Positions 45,986 through 54,094 of a stretch of DNA of 64,000 bases are shown in pieces. Within the stretch, counting starts at the first letter, position 1. Each line of letters opens with the position of its first letter. The DNA is taken from NCBI GenBank assembly GCA_964646345.1, contig CAZYDU010000002.1:103961-167960 (forward strand), given 5' to 3'. The DNA comes from an uncultured Lachnospiraceae bacterium. Its GTDB lineage: Bacteria > Bacillota > Clostridia > Christensenellales > UBA1242. A program made the position numbers and the translations under genes. The notes below the pieces were generated by a model. That model was given only the letters and a program-made list of their open reading frames with translations. It made no database searches and had not been told where the DNA came from.

Positions 45986-46609
45986 TTATTTATTATTCCA
46001 ATAATTGTGAGCCCTATTATTTTTAATAGTCTCTCTACATCTTCCAATGACAAAATCATCTTTTTGCGTGTTTATTGTTAATGTTGTGCCAGCACAAATA
46101 AAACTCCCTTCTTGAATCGTTACAGGAGCAATAATATTGCAATTACTGCCAATAAAACAATTATCTTCAACAACTGTTTTATTTTTATTTTTGCCGTCAT
46201 AATTGACAAAAATAGCACCACAACCAATATTACAATTCTTACCAATATCAGCATCGCCAGCATAAGCTAAATGAGCCATTTTTGTGTTATCCCCAAGCTT
46301 AGAATTTTTGATTTCCACAAAATTTCCAATCCTGCAATTATCGCCAATCACTGCATTTTGTCTCAAATGAGCAAAAGGTCCAATATTAACATCATTTCCA
46401 ACCATACTTTCTTCAATAAAACTACTTTTAATTACACAATTTTCGCCAATTAGCGAATTTTCAATAGTTGTATTTGGATAAATGATTGTCCCCTTGCCAA
46501 TTTTTGAATTTCCTAAAATATAAACATTTGGGTATATTTTCACATTTTCTGAGATTTCAACATTATCATCAATAAAACCCAATTTATCATTATTCATATA
46601 ATTCTCCAA
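45986..46609 (-). CDS. Stand-alone left-handed beta-helix acetyltransferase equivalent to the GlmU C-terminal domain
   Basis: GPFAHLRQNAVIGDNCRIGNFVEIKNSKLGDNTKMAHLAYAGDADIG..NIGCGAIFVNYDGKNKNKT matches the GlmU GlcN-1-P acetyltransferase core. Only 207 aa, with no nucleotidyltransferase domain. Confidence 0.75.
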   Translation of the reverse strand: MENYMNNDKLGFIDDNVEISENVKIYPNVYILGNSKIGKGTIIYPNTTIENSLIGENCVIKSSFIEESMVGNDVNIGPFAHLRQNAVIGDNCRIGNFVEIKNSKLGDNTKMAHLAYAGDADIGKNCNIGCGAIFVNYDGKNKNKTVVEDNCFIGSNCNIIAPVTIQEGSFICAGTTLTINTQKDDFVIGRCRETIKNNRAHNYWNNK

Positions 46610-46691
46610 CTGGTTATTATTATATTCATAAGATAATTTTAAGTCAATTAAAACACCAATCGATAACTTAAAATCACTTTAGTTTTGCAAT

Positions 46692-46719
46692 AAAAAAGAG
46701 CTTGATATACATCAAACTC
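46692..46719 (-). terminator. Terminator after spo0A
   Basis: Minus-strand RNA GAGUUUGAU-GUAU-AUCAAGCUC, followed by U6. Confidence 0.6.
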
Positions 46720-46725
46720 ACATTG

Positions 46726-47475
46726 TTAAACTTCCAAAAGCATTTTATCAGCAACAAGTGCAATAAATTCGCCATTTGTAGGTTTTTCATTATTAGAATA
46801 AACAGTTAGCCCGAATACGCTGTTTATATTTTCTATTTTTCCCCTATTCCAAGCAACTTCAATAGCATGTCTAATCGCTCTTTCAACCTTAGATGCAGAT
46901 GTATCGAATTTTTCAGCAATAGAAGGATAAAGTTTTTTTGTAATCGAATTAATAATATCTGGATTTTCCATAGATAGCTTTATGGCTTCTCGTAAAAATT
47001 GATAACCTTTTATATGTGCAGGAATACCAACCGTAATAAATATATTAGTTATTTTTTCTTCAATTTCTTTGTCTAGTCCTAATTTTTTACCAGCTATATC
47101 TTCTTCAGCAAAAATATCAGATACTCTCTTTGCCAGCACATCGAAACTTAATGGCTTAAGCAAAAAATAACTTGTACCCAAACTTGTGGCTTTTCTAATA
47201 AATATATCACTAGCAAGAGCAGAAATAACAATAATTTTCATATTTTTATTGATTTCCTTTGCCGTTTCAATAACTTCAAAACCGTCAATTTCAGGCAAAA
47301 CCAAATCGACAATCAAAAGGTCAAAATTTTCTTGTTTTAATTTATTAACCGCATCTTTCCCATTTGCAGTCATTAGCACTTCAAATAAATTTTCATCGTT
47401 GGTAAGTTTTTCATAAATTTTCTGTGATTCGTCAGCATTTTCATTCGCAAGTAAAATTTTTTTGCTAATTTTCAT
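46726..47475 (-). CDS. spo0A: Sporulation master regulator Spo0A (receiver + Spo0A_C)
   Basis: HIKGYQFLREAI, SKVERAIRHAIEVAWNRG and KPTNGEFIALVADK are hallmark Spo0A C-terminal motifs. The receiver domain has D57 and K (LLKP). Confidence 0.9.
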   Translation of the reverse strand: MKISKKILLANENADESQKIYEKLTNDENLFEVLMTANGKDAVNKLKQENFDLLIVDLVLPEIDGFEVIETAKEINKNMKIIVISALASDIFIRKATSLGTSYFLLKPLSFDVLAKRVSDIFAEEDIAGKKLGLDKEIEEKITNIFITVGIPAHIKGYQFLREAIKLSMENPDIINSITKKLYPSIAEKFDTSASKVERAIRHAIEVAWNRGKIENINSVFGLTVYSNNEKPTNGEFIALVADKMLLEV

Positions 47476-47617
47476 AAAAACTTCCTTAAATTATATTTTT
47501 TGATTTTTTTCGAGCAAATAAATTTTAGCACAAAAGCAAGAATTATATCAAAAATAAGCATATATAATTTAGTGAAGTTTTTGTTGATTTAATTATAAAT
47601 CTGTCGCAATTTGTCAA

Positions 47618-47652
47618 ATAAAAATTCTATACATGATTTGTATAGAATTTTT
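47618..47652 (-). terminator. Terminator after the GNAT/zinc-ribbon gene
   Basis: aattctataca / tgtatagaatt, an 11-bp perfect stem flanked by A and T runs. Confidence 0.65.
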
Positions 47653-47689
47653 GTCTAATTATTTAGTTTATAAAATAAACTCAACAAGC

Positions 47690-48562
47690 TTAGTTTTTAT
47701 GGAAATTATTAATAGTTTTTATACTTGCTCTGCACTCTTTGCACATAGAAGGTCTAAAATAACCTTTTTCCTTAAAGAACTTTTGTTCCGATGCTGACCA
47801 AATCCATTCTTTTCCGCACTTTTTGCATGTTAAGGTCTTATCTTCAAAAGTGTTTGCTCGTCTTTCTTTTTCAGCAAGCCATTCAAGATGTTTCTTTTCT
47901 TTCATTTCCAAGTATTCTTGATGTTTTCTCTCCTTTATTTCCAAATACTCTTGATGTTTTCTTTCTTTCATCTCAATGTATTCTTGTTTCCTTCTTTGGC
48001 TCTCAAGCTTTAACATTTCTTGATGTTCAATGGCAAGTCTTTCTTGTTCTTCTTTTTCTTTTTTAATTTTAACATTTTCAAGTTCCAAAAGCTCAGCCAT
48101 AGTGTATTCATCATCGTTTTTCTTGTTTTTTGCAATCTTTAATTCCATTGGAACATACTTAATTCCATTGATTTCCAAAACATTATCCGTAGCCTTAAAT
48201 CCCATGTATTTATAAGCATTCACAGCATTTGGAGATGCATGAACAGTTAACTCATCAAACTCAAAATTATCCAAAACTGTTTCCAAAAGTTTTTTACCAA
48301 AACTATGTCTTTGAAACATTTTAGCAACAAAGAAAAGTGATATATGTTTGCTTGCCTTATCAACCCCAATCACACCAATCAAAACATCTTCAATATAATA
48401 GCCAAAAATATCCAACTTATTTAAGGTTTCATCATTCTCAACGAACCTATAAAACTCAAGTCTACCTTCTTCACTATATTCAGGTGCAATAAACTCATTG
48501 AATGTATCTTTTATTAAAGTTTTCACATTGTTATATTCATTACTAGTAATTTTCTTAATCAT
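47690..48562 (-). CDS. GNAT acetyltransferase fused to a repeat-containing coiled coil and a C-terminal zinc-ribbon
   Basis: GNAT core (FFVAKMFQRHSFGKKLLE). Three to four 11-aa repeats, QEYLEIKERKH. C-terminal CKKCGKEWIWSASEQKFFKEKGYFRPSMCKECR (zf-trcl-like pattern). Confidence 0.65.
   Translation of the reverse strand: MIKKITSNEYNNVKTLIKDTFNEFIAPEYSEEGRLEFYRFVENDETLNKLDIFGYYIEDVLIGVIGVDKASKHISLFFVAKMFQRHSFGKKLLETVLDNFEFDELTVHASPNAVNAYKYMGFKATDNVLEINGIKYVPMELKIAKNKKNDDEYTMAELLELENVKIKKEKEEQERLAIEHQEMLKLESQRRKQEYIEMKERKHQEYLEIKERKHQEYLEMKEKKHLEWLAEKERRANTFEDKTLTCKKCGKEWIWSASEQKFFKEKGYFRPSMCKECRASIKTINNFHKN
47858..47986 (-). repeat. In-frame 33-bp tandem repeat (about 3.5 copies) inside the GNAT/zinc-ribbon gene
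   Basis: Encodes QEYIEMKERKH / QEYLEIKERKH / QEYLEMKEKKH / LEWLAEKERR. The DNA copies are near-identical. Confidence 0.8.
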
Positions 48563-48618
48563 ATAATCTCGCTCCTAGTGTTAATTATAGCATATAAAAC
48601 CATGATTGAAAAGAAAAT

Positions 48619-48870
48619 TTACAAATAAAATTTCGTTTGAATATCTGTTTCACCGAAATCTATCAATAATCCCAACGGAATATTAAAAAAGTTAGCTAAT
48701 TTTATTAGTGATGAAAACTTGAAATCAAACTCCCCATTTAAAATTTTTGTTAATTCTATTTTAGATATTCCAACAAGTTCGCAAAATTGTTTTTGTGACA
48801 AATGACTATCTTCCAAATATTTTTGAATTTTTTCATAATAAATCTTTATCATATTTATCATTATATTCAT
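48619..48870 (-). CDS. XRE-family HTH regulator
   Basis: LSQKQFCELVGISKIELTKILNG HTH. The start is ambiguous: ATGs at 48870, 48861 and 48852, while the track start at 48888 is TTG. Confidence 0.6.
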   Translation of the reverse strand: MNIMINMIKIYYEKIQKYLEDSHLSQKQFCELVGISKIELTKILNGEFDFKFSSLIKLANFFNIPLGLLIDFGETDIQTKFYL

Positions 48871-48921
48871 ACAAAACGCAGAATGCAACTTTAATTCGGC
48901 ATATAAGCATATAATTTTTGT

Positions 48922-49128
48922 ATGGAATTAAAATTTTGTGAAAGATTAAATGAATTAATGGAAGATAAAAATCTTTCAAGCTTAGCTTTATCTAAAATAT
49001 TAAATATAAATGACAGCACAATTTTAAGATGGCGAAAAGGATTAATGAATCCAACCATTGATAAACTTAATATCCTTTGTGACTATTTTGGTGTAACCGC
49101 TGATTATTTATTAGGTCGAGAAGATTAG
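48922..49128 (+). CDS. XRE-family HTH regulator (68 aa)
   Basis: LSSLALSKILNINDSTILRWRKG HTH and a DYLLGRED tail. Divergent from the previous gene. Confidence 0.75.
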   Translation: MELKFCERLNELMEDKNLSSLALSKILNINDSTILRWRKGLMNPTIDKLNILCDYFGVTADYLLGRED

Positions 49129-49158
49129 CACTTTTATCTTTTTGACCTTTTTTCATAT

Positions 49159-49377
49159 GTCATTTCGAGCGGAGTCGAGAAATCCCCTTTCTCGAAGACA
49201 TGTCACTTTTTCACACGGACACCCCATGGGGATCTCTCCACGCAGTCACTTCGTTCCTTTGGTCGAGATGACAATAAAACCACAGTGTCATTTCGAGCGG
49301 AGCAAAGCGTAGTCGAGAAATCCCCCGGCTCCCAGTGTCATTTCGACTGTAGCGTAGCGAAATGGAGAAATTCCCCC
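49159..49377. repeat. Cluster of four units of the dispersed GTCATTTCGA..GAGAAATCCCC family
   Basis: Units at 49159-49187 (+, short), 49228-49272 (-, long), 49287-49326 (+, long) and 49337-49377 (+, long). Confidence 0.9.
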
Positions 49378-49407
49378 GGCTAGAAAACGAACAACATTTT
49401 TATAACA

Positions 49408-49438
49408 ACAAAAAAGAGTATCATGCGATACTCTTTTT
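49408..49438. terminator. Bidirectional terminator (valS / XRE convergent)
   Basis: aagagtatc / gatactctt, a 9-bp perfect stem with loop atgc, A-run upstream and T-run downstream. Confidence 0.65.
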
Positions 49439-49441
49439 ATT

Positions 49442-52051
49442 TTATAAATTTTCAAGTCTTGCATTCAATGCTTCAAGCAATTCATTATTTTTAGCAAGCT
49501 TTTCCTTTTCTGTTTTTACTAAAGTTTCTGGTGCTTTTGCAACGAAGCTAGGATTGTTAAGCATTTTATTGCTTCTATCAATTTCAAACTTAATTTTTTC
49601 AATGTCTTTTTTTAGCATTTCAATTTGTGTTTGTTTGTCTATTACATCTTCAATCAAAACAAATTCGCCAACTGCCGTTACCAACACATTGCCTTTATCA
49701 TTTCCATCAAGTTTTAAAACAACATTCGCAAGCTTTTCAATAACTGCTCTATTTTCTTCAACAAATTTGCTTGTTTTTACCGCAAACTCAACTTTATCTG
49801 AAGACTTTTTATTGTTTTCAAGCTTAAATTTTCTAAGCGAAGTTATAAGTTCAACAAGTTCTTCTGTTAATTCAGCCTGCTTTTTCAAGTTCTTAAATTT
49901 AGAAAAATCTGCAATTTCATCAATCATTACACTTTCTTTTTTATTCAAAAACTCAAGTCTTTGGTAAATATATTCAGTAACATAAGGAATAAATGGGTGC
50001 AATAGTCTCAAAATCTGACCAAATGAATAACTCAAGACACTAACCATTTTTTGTTTTTCTTCTCCACCAGCAAAAATAGATGGTTTAGAAAGTTCAACAA
50101 TCCAGTCACAGAATGTATCAAGCGTGAATGATACAATATTTGTAAGTGCTACACCAACATCGAATTTATCAAGATTTTTCTTAACTGTCTCGGTAATTTC
50201 GTAAGTTTTATACATTATCCATTTCTGAACATTATTAAGCTCAAAACTATTAACATCTAAAAGCTCAACATTTTCTTCATGCATAGCAATAAATTTGCTG
50301 GCATTCCAAATCTTATTTATAAAAGTTCTAGCATCATCAATTTTATTATCACTAAATCTTGTATCCATACCCATTGACATATCTTTAACAAGAGCAAGTC
50401 TAAGAGTATCAGCACCATATTTTGCTTTAATATCAAGTGGGTCAATACCATTTCCAAGCGATTTAGACATTTTTCTCCCTTGACTATCACGAACCAAGCC
50501 GTGAATTAAACAATTCTTGAACGGAACATCATTATTCCCTTCAATGCCCATGTAAACCATTTTAGTTACCCATTGAGTTAAAATATCAAAACCTGTAACT
50601 AAAACATCTGTTGGATAGAAATAATCTAAATCCACACTCTTTTCAGGCCAACCAAGAGTTGTAAGTGGCCAAAGAGCTGACGAGAACCAAGTGTCAAGTA
50701 CATCAGGGTCTTGTTCAACTAAACTTGAACCACATTTATCACAAACTTTAACACTAGTTTTTGAAGCCATAACATTACCGCAGTCCTTGCAGTAATAAAT
50801 AGGTATTCTATGCCCCGTCCAAAGCTGACGAGAAATACACCAGTCACGAATATTACGAAGCCAATGGAAATAGTTTTTCTCAAAACGTTTTGGATAAATT
50901 TTAAGCGAACCATCTTCAACACATTTAATTGCTGGTTTAACAAGTTCACTCATTTTAACAAACCATTGTTCCGTAACCATTGGTTCAATAGCTGTACCAC
51001 AACGATAACAATGACTAACTGAGTGTGTATAAGGTTCAACCTTAACCAAAAGCCCTGCTTTTTTTAAACCTTCAACAGTTGCTTTTCTTGCTTCTTTAAG
51101 CCCTAAACCCCTGATATTTTCAGGTGCTATGTCTGATATAATACCTTCTTTTGTTATAACTTCCAACACTTCTAAGTTATGTCTCTTTCCAACTTCATAG
51201 TCGTTAGGGTCATGAGCTGGAGTGATTTTAACCATACCAGTACCAAACTCTTTTTCAACATAATTATCAGCAATAATTGGTATCTCACGATTAACTAGTG
51301 GAACTAAAACTTTCTTACCTACTATTGATTTATATCTTTCATCATCTGGATTAACCGCAACAGCAGTATCGCCAAAAAGTGTTTCAGGTCTTGTTGTTGC
51401 AACTGTTATTGCCCCTGAACCATCTGCAAATGGATAATTGATATGCCACATAAAGCCTGCATCGTCTGAATATTCAATTTCATCATCTGAAATAACCGAC
51501 TTACAATGAACACACCAATTCGTTTCCCTAGCACCACGATAGATGTAACCTTTTTGATAAAGCCTAATAAATGCTTCTAATACTGCATTTGTACTTTTTT
51601 CGTCCATAGTGAAACGATATCTTTCCCAGTCAGCTGAAAAACCCATTTTCCTGAACTGATTTATAATTTCGCCACCATATTTATCATACCAAGCCCAAGC
51701 TTCTTTATCAAACTCAGTTCTGCCAATCATTTCTTTTGTTTTGCCTTCACTAGCAAGTTTTTCAACAATTTTATGTTCTGTTGCAATGGCAGCATGGTCT
51801 GTTCCCGGAAGCCATAACGCTTCAAAACCACACATTCTTTTATATCTAATCAATATATCTTGCAATGTCATATCAAGTGCATGACCAATATGAGCTTTGC
51901 TAGTAACGTTTGGTGGTGGCATAACGATTGTAAAAGGTTTTTTATCTTTATTTACTTTTGCTCTAAAATAACCTTTTTCTTCCCAAACTTTATAAATTTC
52001 ATCTTCAAATTCTTGAGGATTGTAACTACCTTGTTTATTCATTAAATTCAT
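49442..52051 (-). CDS. valS: Valine--tRNA ligase
   Basis: 869 aa, HIGHALD (HIGH), KMSKSLGN (KMSKS), CP1 editing domain, C-terminal coiled coil. Confidence 0.97.
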   Translation of the reverse strand: MNLMNKQGSYNPQEFEDEIYKVWEEKGYFRAKVNKDKKPFTIVMPPPNVTSKAHIGHALDMTLQDILIRYKRMCGFEALWLPGTDHAAIATEHKIVEKLASEGKTKEMIGRTEFDKEAWAWYDKYGGEIINQFRKMGFSADWERYRFTMDEKSTNAVLEAFIRLYQKGYIYRGARETNWCVHCKSVISDDEIEYSDDAGFMWHINYPFADGSGAITVATTRPETLFGDTAVAVNPDDERYKSIVGKKVLVPLVNREIPIIADNYVEKEFGTGMVKITPAHDPNDYEVGKRHNLEVLEVITKEGIISDIAPENIRGLGLKEARKATVEGLKKAGLLVKVEPYTHSVSHCYRCGTAIEPMVTEQWFVKMSELVKPAIKCVEDGSLKIYPKRFEKNYFHWLRNIRDWCISRQLWTGHRIPIYYCKDCGNVMASKTSVKVCDKCGSSLVEQDPDVLDTWFSSALWPLTTLGWPEKSVDLDYFYPTDVLVTGFDILTQWVTKMVYMGIEGNNDVPFKNCLIHGLVRDSQGRKMSKSLGNGIDPLDIKAKYGADTLRLALVKDMSMGMDTRFSDNKIDDARTFINKIWNASKFIAMHEENVELLDVNSFELNNVQKWIMYKTYEITETVKKNLDKFDVGVALTNIVSFTLDTFCDWIVELSKPSIFAGGEEKQKMVSVLSYSFGQILRLLHPFIPYVTEYIYQRLEFLNKKESVMIDEIADFSKFKNLKKQAELTEELVELITSLRKFKLENNKKSSDKVEFAVKTSKFVEENRAVIEKLANVVLKLDGNDKGNVLVTAVGEFVLIEDVIDKQTQIEMLKKDIEKIKFEIDRSNKMLNNPSFVAKAPETLVKTEKEKLAKNNELLEALNARLENL

Positions 52052-52068
52052 ACTTTTCCCTACCTTAA

Positions 52069-52097
52069 AAACATAGTTATAATACTCTTTTTGAATT
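52069..52097 (-). promoter_or_regulatory. Candidate valS promoter in the galE-valS spacer
   Basis: On the minus strand: TTGAAA (52097-52092), 17-nt spacer, TATTAT (52074-52069). Confidence 0.4.
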
Positions 52098-52114
52098 GTT
52101 TTTTCAATAGTTAT

Positions 52115-53125
52115 TTATTTTTTATTATTTTTTTGGAATTCGTAACTAGATTTACACATTTCATCGAGAGTCTTTTCTGCTTTAAATCCAAGCTCTCTTT
52201 CAGCTAAATTTGGCGATGCGAAACATTCACCAATATCGCCTGGACGTCTTGCAGTGATTTCATATTTAACCAAATCGCCATTGACTCGGTTAAATGCATT
52301 AACTATGTCTAAAACTGAATAACCAGTACCAGTTCCAAGATTATAAGTTTTAACTCCAATATTTCCTTCTTTGATAATTTTTTCAATAGCAAGAACGTGA
52401 GCTCTAGCAAGGTCAATAACGTGAATATAATCACGAACACCTGTGCCATCTTTTGTTTTATAATCATTTCCAAAAATATTCAAATGGTCAAGCTCTCCAA
52501 CTGCAACTTTGCAAATATAAGGCATTAAGTTATTTGGAATACCATTTGGATCTTCGCCAAGCAAACCACTTTCATGTGCACCAATAGGATTGAAATATCT
52601 AAGTAAAACAACACTAAAATCAGGATTAGCCTTTTGAAAATCCTTCAAAATATGCTCGTTGAATAATTTTGTTCTACCATAAGGATTTGATGCTTCCAAT
52701 ACCGAATTTTCAGTAAGTGGCATGGTATTGTTTGGAGAATAAACAGTTGCAGATGAACTAAAAACAATATTCTTGCAATCAAATTTTTGCATAACTCTTA
52801 ATAAATTAAATGTTGAAATAAGATTGTTTTCATAATACATTAAAGGTTTAGAAACAGATTCTCCCACTGCCTTGTAACCAGCAAAATGAATTACACCAAA
52901 AATATCCGTATTTTCTTCAAATACATTAGATAATTTCTCATAATCGCAAACATCAATTTCATAAAAAGATGGTCTCTTGCCTGCAATTTTCTCAATTTTA
53001 TCCAACACTTCAATTTTTGAATTAGACAAATTATCCACAATCACAACATCGTGACCATTTTCCAAAAGTTCAACAGCTGTATGCGAACCAATATATCCAA
53101 GTCCGCCGGTAAGTAAAATTTTCAT
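52115..53125 (-). CDS. galE: UDP-glucose 4-epimerase
   Basis: MKILLTGGLGYIGSH, YGRTK (YxxxK). The ATG at 53125 is preceded by AAGGAG. The track start at 53161 is upstream and overlaps the neighbouring small ORF. Confidence 0.92.
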   Translation of the reverse strand: MKILLTGGLGYIGSHTAVELLENGHDVVIVDNLSNSKIEVLDKIEKIAGKRPSFYEIDVCDYEKLSNVFEENTDIFGVIHFAGYKAVGESVSKPLMYYENNLISTFNLLRVMQKFDCKNIVFSSSATVYSPNNTMPLTENSVLEASNPYGRTKLFNEHILKDFQKANPDFSVVLLRYFNPIGAHESGLLGEDPNGIPNNLMPYICKVAVGELDHLNIFGNDYKTKDGTGVRDYIHVIDLARAHVLAIEKIIKEGNIGVKTYNLGTGTGYSVLDIVNAFNRVNGDLVKYEITARRPGDIGECFASPNLAERELGFKAEKTLDEMCKSSYEFQKNNKK

Positions 53126-53138
53126 AAATTCTTTCTCC

Positions 53139-53342
53139 TTATTTATTTGGTAAAACCACACATAAAAATAGTAATATTAGCATTGCTAAAAAACAACCCA
53201 TTCTGATTCTAACAATAATCCTAATTCGTTTGCCATTATTATCTTTGTTTCCTTTTTTCTCTGGAAAAAACAAAGGTGTAACAAAAATAACGCACGCTAA
53301 GATCACCATAATAACAAAAAACACTAATTTAACATTTGCCAT
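53139..53342 (-). CDS. Small two-TM membrane protein (67 aa)
   Basis: Two hydrophobic helices. Its start overlaps the upstream stop (TAATG). Confidence 0.4.
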   Translation of the reverse strand: MANVKLVFFVIMVILACVIFVTPLFFPEKKGNKDNNGKRIRIIVRIRMGCFLAMLILLFLCVVLPNK

Positions 53343-53944
53343 TATTCTCCATCTCCATTATCACTTGAGTGAATTATATCTTCAAGTTTTTGTTCCTGAA
53401 CAATCTCATTTGTTTTTTGATTATTCTTATTATCATAAAATGTTGCAACTTTAACAGCAATATTCATAGCTTCAAACACAAAAGCAAATATTGCAAAATA
53501 GAGTTTTGACACTCCAAAGAAATATGTCATAACACAAATCATTGAACATAATTTCAAAAAGTCTATCAAAAGATTTTTAGATTTATTTAAATTCTTGTTT
53601 TTAAGCAAGAAAATATCTACAACAGCCATCAAAATTTCAACAACAATTAAAAGTATCAAAAATAAATTCAGTGTTTCTGAATGTTTTGAATATTCATGAT
53701 ACACAACCGAAATAATTGCAATAAAATTAATAATTTCATACAAAAGATAAGTTAATTTATAGTTCGTTAAAATCGCTCCATACTTTTTGTCAAGCAATAA
53801 AATTATCGCACAAATCAAAACAGCAATAAAGTATGGAATGCCCACAAAAACCACACCAAAAAACATGCCCACGAATATAATCAAGGCAAGAATACTCATC
53901 ATATAAACAAATATCTTAGGAAACTTTGAATTAGATTCAAACAT
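53342..53944 (-). CDS. Hypothetical polytopic membrane protein (200 aa)
   Basis: Five or six hydrophobic segments and an acidic C-terminal tail. No motif recognised. Confidence 0.5.
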   Translation of the reverse strand: MFESNSKFPKIFVYMMSILALIIFVGMFFGVVFVGIPYFIAVLICAIILLLDKKYGAILTNYKLTYLLYEIINFIAIISVVYHEYSKHSETLNLFLILLIVVEILMAVVDIFLLKNKNLNKSKNLLIDFLKLCSMICVMTYFFGVSKLYFAIFAFVFEAMNIAVKVATFYDNKNNQKTNEIVQEQKLEDIIHSSDNGDGE

Positions 53945-54094
53945 ACCTTATCTCCACTATATTAATAATATCAAAAACAAATATAAAAGTAAACCTGTTT
54001 TATCCTTAAAACGCACAAATTCTTGAATTTATCATAAAATATTTTGTAAGAGAATGTTGTTTTTTCATTCTCTTATAAATTTAAAGGAGGAGCA

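Noticed and set aside
45966-46725. Expected a glmS ribozyme upstream of glmS.
   Set aside because: The gap before glmS is only 20 nt. The 116-nt region upstream of the preceding gene contains a spo0A terminator hairpin and no ribozyme core-like sequence. The ribozyme is absent as far as I can see, but a cmsearch would be decisive.
47476-47617. Looked for Spo0A boxes (TGTCGAA) and a clear promoter upstream of spo0A.
   Set aside because: I found only a one-mismatch TGTCGCA (47602-47608) and an extended -10-like TGATATAAT (47550-47542, minus strand) with no good -35. This is too weak to annotate as autoregulation.
49159-49377. Considered whether the clustered repeats form a small CRISPR array.
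   Set aside because: The units occur in both orientations. The gaps between units (40, 14 and 10 nt) are irregular and mostly too short. Unit length varies from 29 to 45 nt. No cas genes or leader are present.
49362-49967. 201-aa plus-strand ORF.
   Set aside because: It begins inside a repeat unit and then runs antisense to the 3' end of valS. The product is low-complexity (S/F/L-rich). The valS assignment on the opposite strand is unambiguous.
52052-52114. Expected a T-box leader upstream of valS, as seen for glyQS.
   Set aside because: Only 63 nt separate galE and valS. That is enough for a promoter-like TTGAAA-17-TATTAT and an RBS, but far too short for a T-box.
54047-54075. A perfect 10-bp hairpin (taagagaatg / cattctctta) lies just upstream of the RBS of the NMT1/THI5-like ABC transporter operon. 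I considered a TPP (THI-box) riboswitch or an attenuator.
   Set aside because: The upstream 150 nt lack the THI-box elements (no CUGAGA / ACCUGA-type core). The hairpin is not followed by a U-run. It remains an unexplained hairpin only.
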